Assembly: GCA_017500905.1 (NCBI GenBank)
Contig: JAFVXX010000116.1
Span: forward strand, 1 to 33,016
Reading direction: 5' to 3'
DNA from: Clostridia bacterium
GTDB lineage: Bacteria > Bacillota > Clostridia > Christensenellales > CAG-314
DNA length: 33,016 nt
Made by a program: the position numbers and the translations under genes. Positions 16,697 through 25,476 of the stretch are shown here, in pieces. Within the stretch, counting starts at the first letter, position 1, and each line of letters begins with the position of its first letter. The notes under the pieces are model-generated. The model saw only the letters and a program-made list of their open reading frames with translations, made no database searches and was not told the DNA's origin.

Positions 16697-19465
16697 ATGA
16701 CAAATTTCAAAATTGAATTTACCCATCCGTTGCTACTATTGACCTTGATACTTGCAATCGGCTTTGCCCTGTTTACGTTTTTCCGTTCGGGCAAAAGATA
16801 TCGCAACAATCGCAATCGCATTGTGTCGCTTTGCTGCCACATTGTAGTGATGCTGTTGTGTATCTGCGTGCTTGCAGGCATCAGCTTTTCGTACGATAAG
16901 CCTAACACCGAAAACGAAGTAATTTTGCTTGTTGACGTGTCGGACAGCGAGTACGAAGCAGTGCAAAGACGTAATGCCTTTGTAAAATCAGTAATCGACG
17001 AGGGCGGAGATATGTTTAAGATGGGCGTTGTGACGTTTGGTTACGACCAAGTGTACGCTGTTCCTCTTACAAACAATGCCGACACCATTTACGACAAATA
17101 TCTCAATGCAGAGTTGCCTGACACCTCGGCATCGGATATCGCATCGGCACTTGCATTTGCCAGACAGCAAATTACAGTGCCACAAACAGCAAAAATCGTG
17201 CTTATCAGCGACGGCATGCAAACAGATACCAACGCACTTGGCGTAATCAGGTCCATTGTTTCTGAGGGTATCAAGGTGGATACAGCCTACTACGCATCCG
17301 AATACGGCAACGACCTGCAGGTTGTTGGGGTAACCACTCCCGATTACAACGTAGTTGCGGGTGAAACGTTTAAGCTGGGAGTAGATCTCAACAGTACGTT
17401 TGTAGGCGAAGCAACCATCACACTAACCGATATGCACACCAATGGCAACGTAGTTAGAGAGTACACGGTAAACGTCGTCAACGAATTGCAAACAATCGAG
17501 CTGGACCACTCGTTGTCCTTGCCCGGCTTGCATCAATTGATTCTGAGCGTAAGTAGCAGCAACGACACCTTGCAAAACAACAATGTCTACTGCACCTACA
17601 TCGATTTGCAGGTGTTTGACAAAATTTTGTTGGTCGAAACCTACGAGCACGAGGCTGATACACTAAACGATTTGCTGATTTTGGATTACGAAGTAACAAG
17701 AGTAAACGCACGTGATCCACAATTTCCAACCACATTGGGCGAGCTTCGTCAATACGACCAAATCATCATGGCCAACGTTGCAAGCGTTGATTTGCCTGCC
17801 GGATTTGACGTCACGTTGACGCAGTACGTCAAGGAATTGGGTGGTGGCTTGCTGACAGTTGGTGGCAACAGGTACGATGAGAACGGTAAGCCTGTTTTGG
17901 GCGAATATGACCTGCCTGTACCCAATGCTTACAACCCTGTTGACAACTACAACGTCAACAACCCCAACGCAAGCGAGCACCCCAACCCAACCTACCAGGA
18001 TTTGCTACCTGTCAAGGCCGAAAAGTACTCGCCACCTGTAGGCGTAATCATCATCATCGACCGTTCGGGCTCCATGATGAACAAATACGGCACCGACTCT
18101 AAGCTGGACTGGGCAAAAATTGGTGCAAAGGCATGTGTCGAGACGTTGAACGCACGTGACTACGTTGGCATAATGACGTTGGAGGATTACTACAACGAAG
18201 ATGCCAGCCTTACACCCGTTACTCACAAGAGTGAGGTGTTTAAGGCTATCGACAGCATTGAGTTTGGCGGTGGTACGGTATTTAAGGGCGCTTTGGAAAG
18301 AGCGGGCGCATCGTTGCTTGCAAACAAGTCCATCGAAAAGCGTCACATCATCTTGATTTCGGACGGCTTGCCATACGATGCAGACGCATATATGACGCCT
18401 GCCGGCTTTGGTCCTGAAATTATGCGTCTCAAAAAGCTGGGCGTAACCTTGTCCACAGTAATGGTTGCAGTTGAAAACCAAACTGCTGAGGACTTGATGA
18501 AAAACTGTGCTGAGGTGCTTGGTGGTGGTCGTTACTACAACGTACTTGACTACAAGGAATTTACCACCACAATGATTGACGAGCTTACCGTCAAGGAAAT
18601 CAAGGCATACAACCCGATAGACTTTACCCCTGTTGTTTCTACTCAAAACTCAGTCCTAAACGGAATTGACCTAAACGCAATCCCTCAATTGGGTGGCTTT
18701 TACGGATCACAAACAAAGCGTGGTGCAACCGAAGTGTTGTCTGCCGAGTTTGTTCCTGTGTATTCCACTTGGAAGGTGGGCAAGGGCCGTGTGGGCAGCT
18801 TTATGTGCGACCTAAACGGTACTTGGTCAAAAAATTGGTTTGAAAACAGCACCGGTAAGCAATTGATCAACAACATAGTCAACAACAGCTTTCCAACTGA
18901 AAACGTGGAAGGTCACGAAATTTCACTACAAATCAAGCAAAAGAATTACCAGCATGAATTAGGCATTGCTGCTCCAATGGCCGATGGCGATTGGCTGGAG
19001 GTGACGGTAAGTAATTTGTCTGATACACAACAAAAGGCTCAGGTGTTTAAGCCAAACGTGGACGGCGGATATGCACGTGTCAACTTTGCCATCACACAAA
19101 CAGGCTTGCACAAAATTGAAGTACAAAAGTACAACGCTTTAGGACAAAAGGTGGGCAAGCCAAAGGTAGAGTACAAGGAGTTTTCCTACTCGCAGGAGTA
19201 CGACTCCTTTGCCGATGCAACCACAGGCGTGGATTTGTTGGACAAGCTTTCTGAGCTTGGTGGCGGCAAAAGCATCAACAGCGCCAAAGATGTGTTTGAA
19301 AATGCTAAGCTTAGCATCCACATTGTCATCAATCCAAAGCCAACGTTTGTAATCATTTCGCTTGTGTTGTTCTTGCTGGATATTGCAGTACGTAAGTTTA
19401 AGTTTAAGTGGCCACACGAAATTGTTCGTGACAGAAAGATCAAAAAACAATTAAAGCAAAAGTAA
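16697..19465 (+). CDS. Membrane protein with two vWA domains, an Ig-like segment and a class I glutamine-amidotransferase-like (DUF1355-type) domain
   Basis: N-terminal double TM (FTHPLLLL...); vWA1 LLVDVSDSE...IVLISDG; YDQIIMANV...YVKELGGGLLTVGG...LLPV; vWA2 IIIDRSGSM...GGT...IILISDG; WKVGKGRVGSFMCD...WSKNW; C-terminal TM FVIISLVLFLLDIAVRK. Confidence 0.85.
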   Translation: MTNFKIEFTHPLLLLTLILAIGFALFTFFRSGKRYRNNRNRIVSLCCHIVVMLLCICVLAGISFSYDKPNTENEVILLVDVSDSEYEAVQRRNAFVKSVIDEGGDMFKMGVVTFGYDQVYAVPLTNNADTIYDKYLNAELPDTSASDIASALAFARQQITVPQTAKIVLISDGMQTDTNALGVIRSIVSEGIKVDTAYYASEYGNDLQVVGVTTPDYNVVAGETFKLGVDLNSTFVGEATITLTDMHTNGNVVREYTVNVVNELQTIELDHSLSLPGLHQLILSVSSSNDTLQNNNVYCTYIDLQVFDKILLVETYEHEADTLNDLLILDYEVTRVNARDPQFPTTLGELRQYDQIIMANVASVDLPAGFDVTLTQYVKELGGGLLTVGGNRYDENGKPVLGEYDLPVPNAYNPVDNYNVNNPNASEHPNPTYQDLLPVKAEKYSPPVGVIIIIDRSGSMMNKYGTDSKLDWAKIGAKACVETLNARDYVGIMTLEDYYNEDASLTPVTHKSEVFKAIDSIEFGGGTVFKGALERAGASLLANKSIEKRHIILISDGLPYDADAYMTPAGFGPEIMRLKKLGVTLSTVMVAVENQTAEDLMKNCAEVLGGGRYYNVLDYKEFTTTMIDELTVKEIKAYNPIDFTPVVSTQNSVLNGIDLNAIPQLGGFYGSQTKRGATEVLSAEFVPVYSTWKVGKGRVGSFMCDLNGTWSKNWFENSTGKQLINNIVNNSFPTENVEGHEISLQIKQKNYQHELGIAAPMADGDWLEVTVSNLSDTQQKAQVFKPNVDGGYARVNFAITQTGLHKIEVQKYNALGQKVGKPKVEYKEFSYSQEYDSFADATTGVDLLDKLSELGGGKSINSAKDVFENAKLSIHIVINPKPTFVIISLVLFLLDIAVRKFKFKWPHEIVRDRKIKKQLKQK

Positions 19466-19467
19466 AA

Positions 19468-19508
19468 GTTGCAAAGTGTACGCCCTTTGGGGCGTGCACT
19501 ACAGCAAC
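19468..19508 (+). other. Intercistronic stem-loop without a U-tract
   Basis: agtgtacgccc (19475-85), loop tttg, gggcgtgcact (19490-500), plus outer gttgc/gcaac pairing; followed by the RBS of the next gene rather than poly-T. Confidence 0.7.
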
Positions 19509-19523
19509 GTTTAAGGAGTAAAT

Positions 19524-22232
19524 ATGAAAAAATTCAGGGTAGTCCTGATATGTATAATATGCCTGTGCGTAATGCTGTCCCTTACGGCGTGTGCCAAGAT
19601 TAAGCTTGCAACGCCCATAGGTGTACGTATCAATTACGACAAGCTTATGCTAAACTGGGTTTCGGTAAACGATGCCGTTGCATACGAGGTTTCGGTGGAC
19701 GGCGAAGTGGTTGAGGAGGTACGCAAAACCAGTTGGGATATGTCGTTTATGGCTCCGGGCGAATACCAAATTGCCGTGCGCGCCGTGGGTGATGGAAACG
19801 TCACAAAAACGTCCGAGTGGTCTCAACCCGTACAGTTTATCAGAGATGCAGAAACAGGATTGGAGTTTAAGCTTTACAACAATTCTTCCGAATATATGGT
19901 TGTTGGTATAGGCAAATCGGGCGCAAACGTTGTCATTCCCGAATACTATCGCCAAAAGCCCGTCACAAGGATTTACGAAGCGGCTTTTGCCAACCATACA
20001 CGTGTCAAATCTGTGGTAGTAGGCTCCAACGTCACCGTAATTGACGACAAGGCGTTTGACAACTGCTCATTTATGGAAACAATCACCTTTTTGGCTGATG
20101 AAATGCAGTCCATTGGCGCAAACGCTTTTCAACGCTGCTGGGCATTGAAGGAAATTACAATCCCCAAGGGAATTACCACCATTGGCCCGTACACCTTCAA
20201 TTACTGCAAAGCGCTGGAAAAAGTGACCTTCAACGACGATTTGTACGTCATTGACAGCTACGCCTTTGACGGCTGTTCAAGTCTTAAGGAGGTTGTTTTG
20301 CCCGATTCGGTGGTTGCAATTGGCGAATATGCATTTAACAACTGCGATGAGCTCACATCCGTAACCTTTGGCAAAAATTTGCTTCAGCTTGGGCAATTCA
20401 GCTTTGCTAAGTGCGAAAAGCTTGCAACACTTGATTTTGGCGAAAGCAAGCTGCAAATTGTAGACCAATATGCGTTTACAGAGTGCTCTTCCTTGACAGA
20501 GGTTGCATTGCCCAGCGAGGTAATGGCCTTGGGTAATGCAGTTTTTAGCTTTTGTACCAATTTGGCCTCTGTTACCATTGGTGACAAGGTGCAACACATT
20601 GGCGCATATCTTTTGCACGAAACAGAGCTGCTAAACAAGGCAGAGGGCTTGGTTTATTTGGGCAATTGGCTTGTGTACAACAAGGACCCATTGGCAAGCA
20701 GCGTTGAGTTTAAGGAGGGCACGGTTGGTGTTGCCAACCAAGCCTTTGACAGCAACTCCGGCTTGGTAGTGGTAATTATGCCCGACACCATTAAGTACGT
20801 AGGTGCCTACGCATTTGTTGATTGTACCTCTTTGATGAGCGTTACGCTTAGCAATCAGCTTACCGAAGTACCATCTCATGCATTTAGTGGTTGTATCAAT
20901 TTGATTTCAGTAGTTTTTGGCTCAGAGATTGAATCTATTGGGCAGTACGCATTTTACAATTGCAGCAGTCTTTTAAACATAACGTTGCCTAATTCGGTTA
21001 CGAAAGTTGGATTGTATGCATTTAGACATACAAAGCTTTGGACGGACAGCACTCCGGGCGACTTTGTTTACGTTGGCAACTGGGCAGTAGGCTTTAAGCC
21101 CTCCATGTCGCCCATCATGCCTGAAACCTTTAAGGTAGGTACAGTAGGCATTGCCGATTACGCATTTTACGAAATGGAAGCAAACTACGTCACATTCCCA
21201 ACAACAATACAGTACTTGGGCGATTACAGCTTCTTCCGTGTCAGTATGGTATATCTAAAGCTGTCCAGCAGCCTCAAAAAGGTTGGTGACTATGCGTTTT
21301 TCCAATGCGTCGACCTTATGGAGGTGGTCATCCCTGAGGGTGTCGAGGAAATAGGTCGTTCGGCATTTTACCAAATTCAAGCAACCAACATACAATTGCC
21401 TCAATCAGTAAAGACAATTGGCATGTACGCATTTTACAGGCCTGCCAAGCTTATAACCGTCAATCTTGGTGGTGTCGAAACAATCGGCAGAGGAGCATTT
21501 TACAACGCACCATATCTAAGCGAGCTTGTGCTGCCTCAATCCACAAAGATTGTCGAGTCGTACGCATTTTACGGGGCTGCGACAATGGAAGCATTGACTC
21601 TAAACGAGGGATTGCAGGAAATTGGTGAGTATGCCTTTGCCAAGGCAGCAGCGGTTAAGTCGTTGAAAATCCCAAATAGTGTAACTACCATTGGCAGATA
21701 TGCCTTCAGAGACGCCATTTCTTGTCAAAGCATAGTGCTTGGCAATGCATTGCAAGCTGTTGGTGACGGCGCATTTATGAACAGTGGTGTAACAGCGTTG
21801 ACCGTTGTGGGCAACAACGTAGCCTTTGGTAAATATGTCTTCCGTGGATGCACCGATTTGCAAAGTGTGGTAATTACCGACTCTGTAAAATCTTTTGATA
21901 TGCATGCTTTTTACGGAAGTAAAAAAGCAACGTTCTTCATCGAAAACAACACCGACATGACAAACTGGAACGCAAGGTGGAACAGCTCTAAGGGTCCGGT
22001 TTTGTCGGGTGTAAACCTTTCGGCAGACAATTCGTACGTCGAAAGCTTTGTAAAAACAAATGACACTTTGGTGGTGGATACAGGCAAGGTTGCCTGTGCC
22101 CCTGTACGTGACGGCTTCGTCTTTGCAGGCTGGTCTACCACTTTGGGTGGAGCAAAAGAGTACACAATGGACACGTTGAAAACTGCCCCAGACGGCACAA
22201 CGTTGTACGCTTTGTGGGAGCCTAATGCGTAG
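19524..22232 (+). CDS. BspA-type LRR (LRR_5) surface lipoprotein with an N-terminal Fn3-like module and a C-terminal InlB B-repeat
   Basis: Lipobox LTAC (Cys23); LNWVSVNDAVAYEVSVDG module; many LPDSVVAIGEYAFNNCDELTSVTF-type repeats; C-terminal APVRDGFVFAGWSTT...TLYALWE; AAGGAG RBS. Confidence 0.92.
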   Translation: MKKFRVVLICIICLCVMLSLTACAKIKLATPIGVRINYDKLMLNWVSVNDAVAYEVSVDGEVVEEVRKTSWDMSFMAPGEYQIAVRAVGDGNVTKTSEWSQPVQFIRDAETGLEFKLYNNSSEYMVVGIGKSGANVVIPEYYRQKPVTRIYEAAFANHTRVKSVVVGSNVTVIDDKAFDNCSFMETITFLADEMQSIGANAFQRCWALKEITIPKGITTIGPYTFNYCKALEKVTFNDDLYVIDSYAFDGCSSLKEVVLPDSVVAIGEYAFNNCDELTSVTFGKNLLQLGQFSFAKCEKLATLDFGESKLQIVDQYAFTECSSLTEVALPSEVMALGNAVFSFCTNLASVTIGDKVQHIGAYLLHETELLNKAEGLVYLGNWLVYNKDPLASSVEFKEGTVGVANQAFDSNSGLVVVIMPDTIKYVGAYAFVDCTSLMSVTLSNQLTEVPSHAFSGCINLISVVFGSEIESIGQYAFYNCSSLLNITLPNSVTKVGLYAFRHTKLWTDSTPGDFVYVGNWAVGFKPSMSPIMPETFKVGTVGIADYAFYEMEANYVTFPTTIQYLGDYSFFRVSMVYLKLSSSLKKVGDYAFFQCVDLMEVVIPEGVEEIGRSAFYQIQATNIQLPQSVKTIGMYAFYRPAKLITVNLGGVETIGRGAFYNAPYLSELVLPQSTKIVESYAFYGAATMEALTLNEGLQEIGEYAFAKAAAVKSLKIPNSVTTIGRYAFRDAISCQSIVLGNALQAVGDGAFMNSGVTALTVVGNNVAFGKYVFRGCTDLQSVVITDSVKSFDMHAFYGSKKATFFIENNTDMTNWNARWNSSKGPVLSGVNLSADNSYVESFVKTNDTLVVDTGKVACAPVRDGFVFAGWSTTLGGAKEYTMDTLKTAPDGTTLYALWEPNA

Positions 22233-22256
22233 TACCACTCAAAAATGGAGGAAACA

Positions 22257-25200
22257 ATGAAACACAGCAAAAAATTACTTATTGCAGCGTTGCTGTTAAC
22301 CTTTGTTTTGGCATTGTCGGCACTTGTTGCCTGCGCGCCAAAGGTTACTCTTCTCAGTGTAGAGCTGCAACAAACAACCTACGTTGTAGGACAACAGCTA
22401 AAAGGCTCGCTTAAGGTAGACGTAAAGGGCGAGGAGCAGCTTTGGGAATTTACCCAAGAGGGTGTAACCGTCAGTGGCTACAATCCAAATCAATTGGGTG
22501 AGCAAACCGTCACCGTAAGCTACGACGAGCAAACCGTGTCTGCAAAGGTAACCGTTGTGCCTCGTGTTGTTGCACAGGGTATCAAGCAAGACTACGTTGT
22601 GGGCGACAAATTTGACACTACGCAAGGCACGCTTAGATTTACACGTGACGACGGCACCACCAAGGATGTATTTTTTACCGATGCCAATCTGACGCTGACG
22701 GGCTTTGCATCCAACGTAGAAGCATTGCCACTTACAATCACTGCAACCTACGTTGACAACGGCACAACCTTGACAGGCGAGTTTGCAGTAAACGTATATG
22801 GCATCGACAACTTGTCGTTGACACGTCCCGTCAATCGCCAATACGCAAGCCACGACACAGCATTGGACCTAAACGGCTGCTTTTTGACAGTAACAACGGC
22901 ATTGGGACAAAGCTTTGTTCAAGTTACCGAAAATATGTGCAGCGGCTTTGACCTTTCGGTTGTAAACGAGGCAAATCCAACTGCTACGCAAACCATCACG
23001 GTTACATATGCAGGCAAAAGCAAGGCGTTTGAAATTGACATCACCTACAGCGACGTTTCGTATATCAAGGACAACGTTGCAGCTTTGGCCGAGGTTGATT
23101 GGTCCGGCGAGGAAACACCAACCTTGACGCCTGAGCAAGGCGAGCTTGCACGCAACATGGCCGAAAAGTACTTTGCACTTAGCGATGTTCACAAGGCAAT
23201 GATTTCGCCGGAAGAAAGTGCCGTTGTAATGAAAAATGCAGCAAGATATGTGTTTGGCTTGTATCTTGAGCAGTGGAATGTGTACGAAGCAGCTTTTGCC
23301 TTGGAAAGCTACCAAGCGGTAAAGGATGCATATACTCAGCTAAGTGTTGAGTCTGCGCCCCTTCGTGTTTACGGCCGTTTGCTGGAGAAAATTTCGGATG
23401 AGTTTGGCGCAAACGAGTTTTTCAAAACAATTACAATCAAAAGCTACCTTTCGGGTGTAGTAACCGAAGAGCAATTTGCTGGCAACCTTGCAATCTTCAA
23501 TTACGCAATCACGCTGCACGAGGGCTTGACTGTACCTGCCAATTGGCAAGCAGCTGAGTTGACTCAATATGCGCAACAAATTGACAACGTTGTGCTTGCA
23601 ATCAACTCTAACAGCTACCGTGGTAGTGCCTACCGTCAATTGTACTCAGTGCTTACCAACTGGAGAGAAAACAAAGACTACTTTGACATTTTGTACACGT
23701 ACTACTTCAATGCCGAAAATACAAACGTGCTGCTTAGCTTGGTAGATATTTACTTGCCGGGCCCAATGGAAGAGATGTATATTTGCATGGAAGAGGCGTT
23801 TATTCAAGCAGTCGGAATGCAAAACAAACAAGTCGTCGATTCATCCTTGTTTGTGCTTAATTACAATAGGGCATACGAAACGGCAAAGCAAATTGCATCC
23901 GGCGACAACGCAATGTACAAATTTTTGTACGCAAACAGCAAGCTTAAGGGCTTTTTGGTAGACGGCGACGGCAACGATGCCGAAATCAGCTTTGCAGGTC
24001 TGATGTACTACCTGACAGTTACAGATATCCTACAATTTGGTTGGAACAAGCACCAAGGTCCTATGCTTGGAAACGAGCAATTTGACGATATGTGGGACAA
24101 GTATCTGGTTGTTCTTGAGGGTGCGCTTACTCCTGATTACGTCAAGGGTGAGCAATTCCCAATTGACCTAAAGGCAATGCTTGACACCTTTGTTACACTT
24201 GCACCAAACACTCAATATGAGTTTATTCGTTCGGTCAATGCGTTTTACGATCAATCCTTCCCAACGTATGCGTTGGATACTTCCGAGTACTGCTACAGCT
24301 ACTTTACCTACTTCATCGTTGAGTACTACGAAACTGTAGTAACTCCAGAGGAAATGAAGGTGCTTAAGGATATGTTGGTTGCTATCGAATGCCACAGCTT
24401 GACCAACCATCGTGCCGGCTCGCACACCGAGTTTTTGACACGTATGGAAGCTGTTGCGACGGCGTTTGGCAACCTTAGCGATGAGCAAAAGGCAAGCTTT
24501 ACAGCCAACTTTGGCACTGCATACAGCCGTTACGAGCTGTTGTGGAAGATTGGCACCAATCAAGTGACCGGTCCCGAAGCAGACTTTGGCGAAGAGTTTA
24601 ATCCACTTGTTCAAGCAATCCTCGATGCAATCAGCCAAATGGCAGAAATCGAAAGAGCAATTTCGGCAGGCGAATTGACTGCAAACCGTGGTGTTGTTCG
24701 TTTCCTTTCGGCATTTGAATACGCAGAGTATCTAAGCGACTACATCATTGAAAATGCGTCTGCAGAGGCTGTACACAACTTCTACTACAACAAGTTTGTG
24801 CCATTGGACGGTCAAACATTTGTTACGTTGGAGTGGTTGATGTACTACTACCGTATCAGCTACGGCAATTTGCTGTACAGCGCAATGGTGGACTCTCGCA
24901 CCGCATTGGCTCAAATATACTTTGACACCAATTTGGAAGAGTTTTTGATCAAAGCATATCCTGTAATTTGGTACAACCCACCAGAAAACTTGACCAACAT
25001 CTACACGGACGCTGTGATGCTTGCAATCAATTCGTTTAGAGATTTGACTCAAGGCGACAAAATGCTGCTTATGGCACTTGACGTAAACAACGACTACTAC
25101 GGCAACGTAGACAAGTTTTTCAAGCTTGTACTAAACGAGCAATGTGTTCCCGTTGCAGAAAAGCTTGTTCAACTGGAGCAAACCTACCTTGCATACGTAG

Positions 25201-25373
25201 CAAAAACAGCCGAAATCACTTTGCAAAACTTGGTTGACCTAAGCGCACAAGTAACCGAGCTTAAAAATGCTTTGCAAGGCACAGACGTAAACAACTTTGA
25301 AGCCTTTTTGTTGGAGATGTACAACTACTACGTAACTGCTGTACAAGAGCTTCAACAACAAAGCCAAGCTTAA
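22257..25373 (+). CDS. Lipoprotein with about three bacterial Ig-like (Big_3-type) domains followed by a long, predicted alpha-helical region of unknown function
   Basis: GGAGGA at 22247-52 favours ATG 22257. Lipobox LVAC (Cys26). Repeats TTYVVGQ...VSGYNPNQLGEQTVTVSY, QDYVVGDKFD...LTGF...ITATY, RQYASHD...CSGFD...QTITVTY. The remainder is A/E/L/Y-rich without recognisable motifs. Confidence 0.82.
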   Translation: MKHSKKLLIAALLLTFVLALSALVACAPKVTLLSVELQQTTYVVGQQLKGSLKVDVKGEEQLWEFTQEGVTVSGYNPNQLGEQTVTVSYDEQTVSAKVTVVPRVVAQGIKQDYVVGDKFDTTQGTLRFTRDDGTTKDVFFTDANLTLTGFASNVEALPLTITATYVDNGTTLTGEFAVNVYGIDNLSLTRPVNRQYASHDTALDLNGCFLTVTTALGQSFVQVTENMCSGFDLSVVNEANPTATQTITVTYAGKSKAFEIDITYSDVSYIKDNVAALAEVDWSGEETPTLTPEQGELARNMAEKYFALSDVHKAMISPEESAVVMKNAARYVFGLYLEQWNVYEAAFALESYQAVKDAYTQLSVESAPLRVYGRLLEKISDEFGANEFFKTITIKSYLSGVVTEEQFAGNLAIFNYAITLHEGLTVPANWQAAELTQYAQQIDNVVLAINSNSYRGSAYRQLYSVLTNWRENKDYFDILYTYYFNAENTNVLLSLVDIYLPGPMEEMYICMEEAFIQAVGMQNKQVVDSSLFVLNYNRAYETAKQIASGDNAMYKFLYANSKLKGFLVDGDGNDAEISFAGLMYYLTVTDILQFGWNKHQGPMLGNEQFDDMWDKYLVVLEGALTPDYVKGEQFPIDLKAMLDTFVTLAPNTQYEFIRSVNAFYDQSFPTYALDTSEYCYSYFTYFIVEYYETVVTPEEMKVLKDMLVAIECHSLTNHRAGSHTEFLTRMEAVATAFGNLSDEQKASFTANFGTAYSRYELLWKIGTNQVTGPEADFGEEFNPLVQAILDAISQMAEIERAISAGELTANRGVVRFLSAFEYAEYLSDYIIENASAEAVHNFYYNKFVPLDGQTFVTLEWLMYYYRISYGNLLYSAMVDSRTALAQIYFDTNLEEFLIKAYPVIWYNPPENLTNIYTDAVMLAINSFRDLTQGDKMLLMALDVNNDYYGNVDKFFKLVLNEQCVPVAEKLVQLEQTYLAYVAKTAEITLQNLVDLSAQVTELKNALQGTDVNNFEAFLLEMYNYYVTAVQELQQQSQA

Positions 25374-25388
25374 CAAGCAAATCAATAC

Positions 25389-25419
25389 AAAAAAACTCCA
25401 CAATCGTGGAGTTTTTTTT
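25389..25419 (+). terminator. Strong, potentially bidirectional Rho-independent terminator closing the MoxR/LRR locus
   Basis: AAAAAAACTCCAC-aatc-GTGGAGTTTTTTTT. Confidence 0.9.
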
Positions 25420-25427
25420 GTTGTCTC

Positions 25428-25456
25428 TTGACAAAAGGCTGACAATTTTATAAAAT
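25428..25456 (+). promoter_or_regulatory. Sigma-A promoter of the SDR gene
   Basis: TTGACA (25428-33), 17 bp, TAAAAT (25451-56); AGGAG RBS before ATG 25477. Confidence 0.8.
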
Positions 25457-25476
25457 GTAACTATTAGGAGAAGCTT

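Noticed and set aside
12860-19465. MoxR-vWA ternary conflict system (VMAP type), RavA-ViaA, or a Mg/Co-chelatase
   Set aside because: The ATPase has the RIQFTPDLMPAD / NPIEQDGTYPLPEAQ signature and is followed by DUF58 and membrane-anchored BatA-type vWA proteins. No effector, peptidase, STAND NTPase or chelatase subunit is encoded.
3160-25373. Diversity-generating retroelement or invertase-driven shuffling of the surface proteins
   Set aside because: No reverse transcriptase, recombinase or transposase is present, and no ~100-bp template/variable repeat pair differing at adenines was seen.
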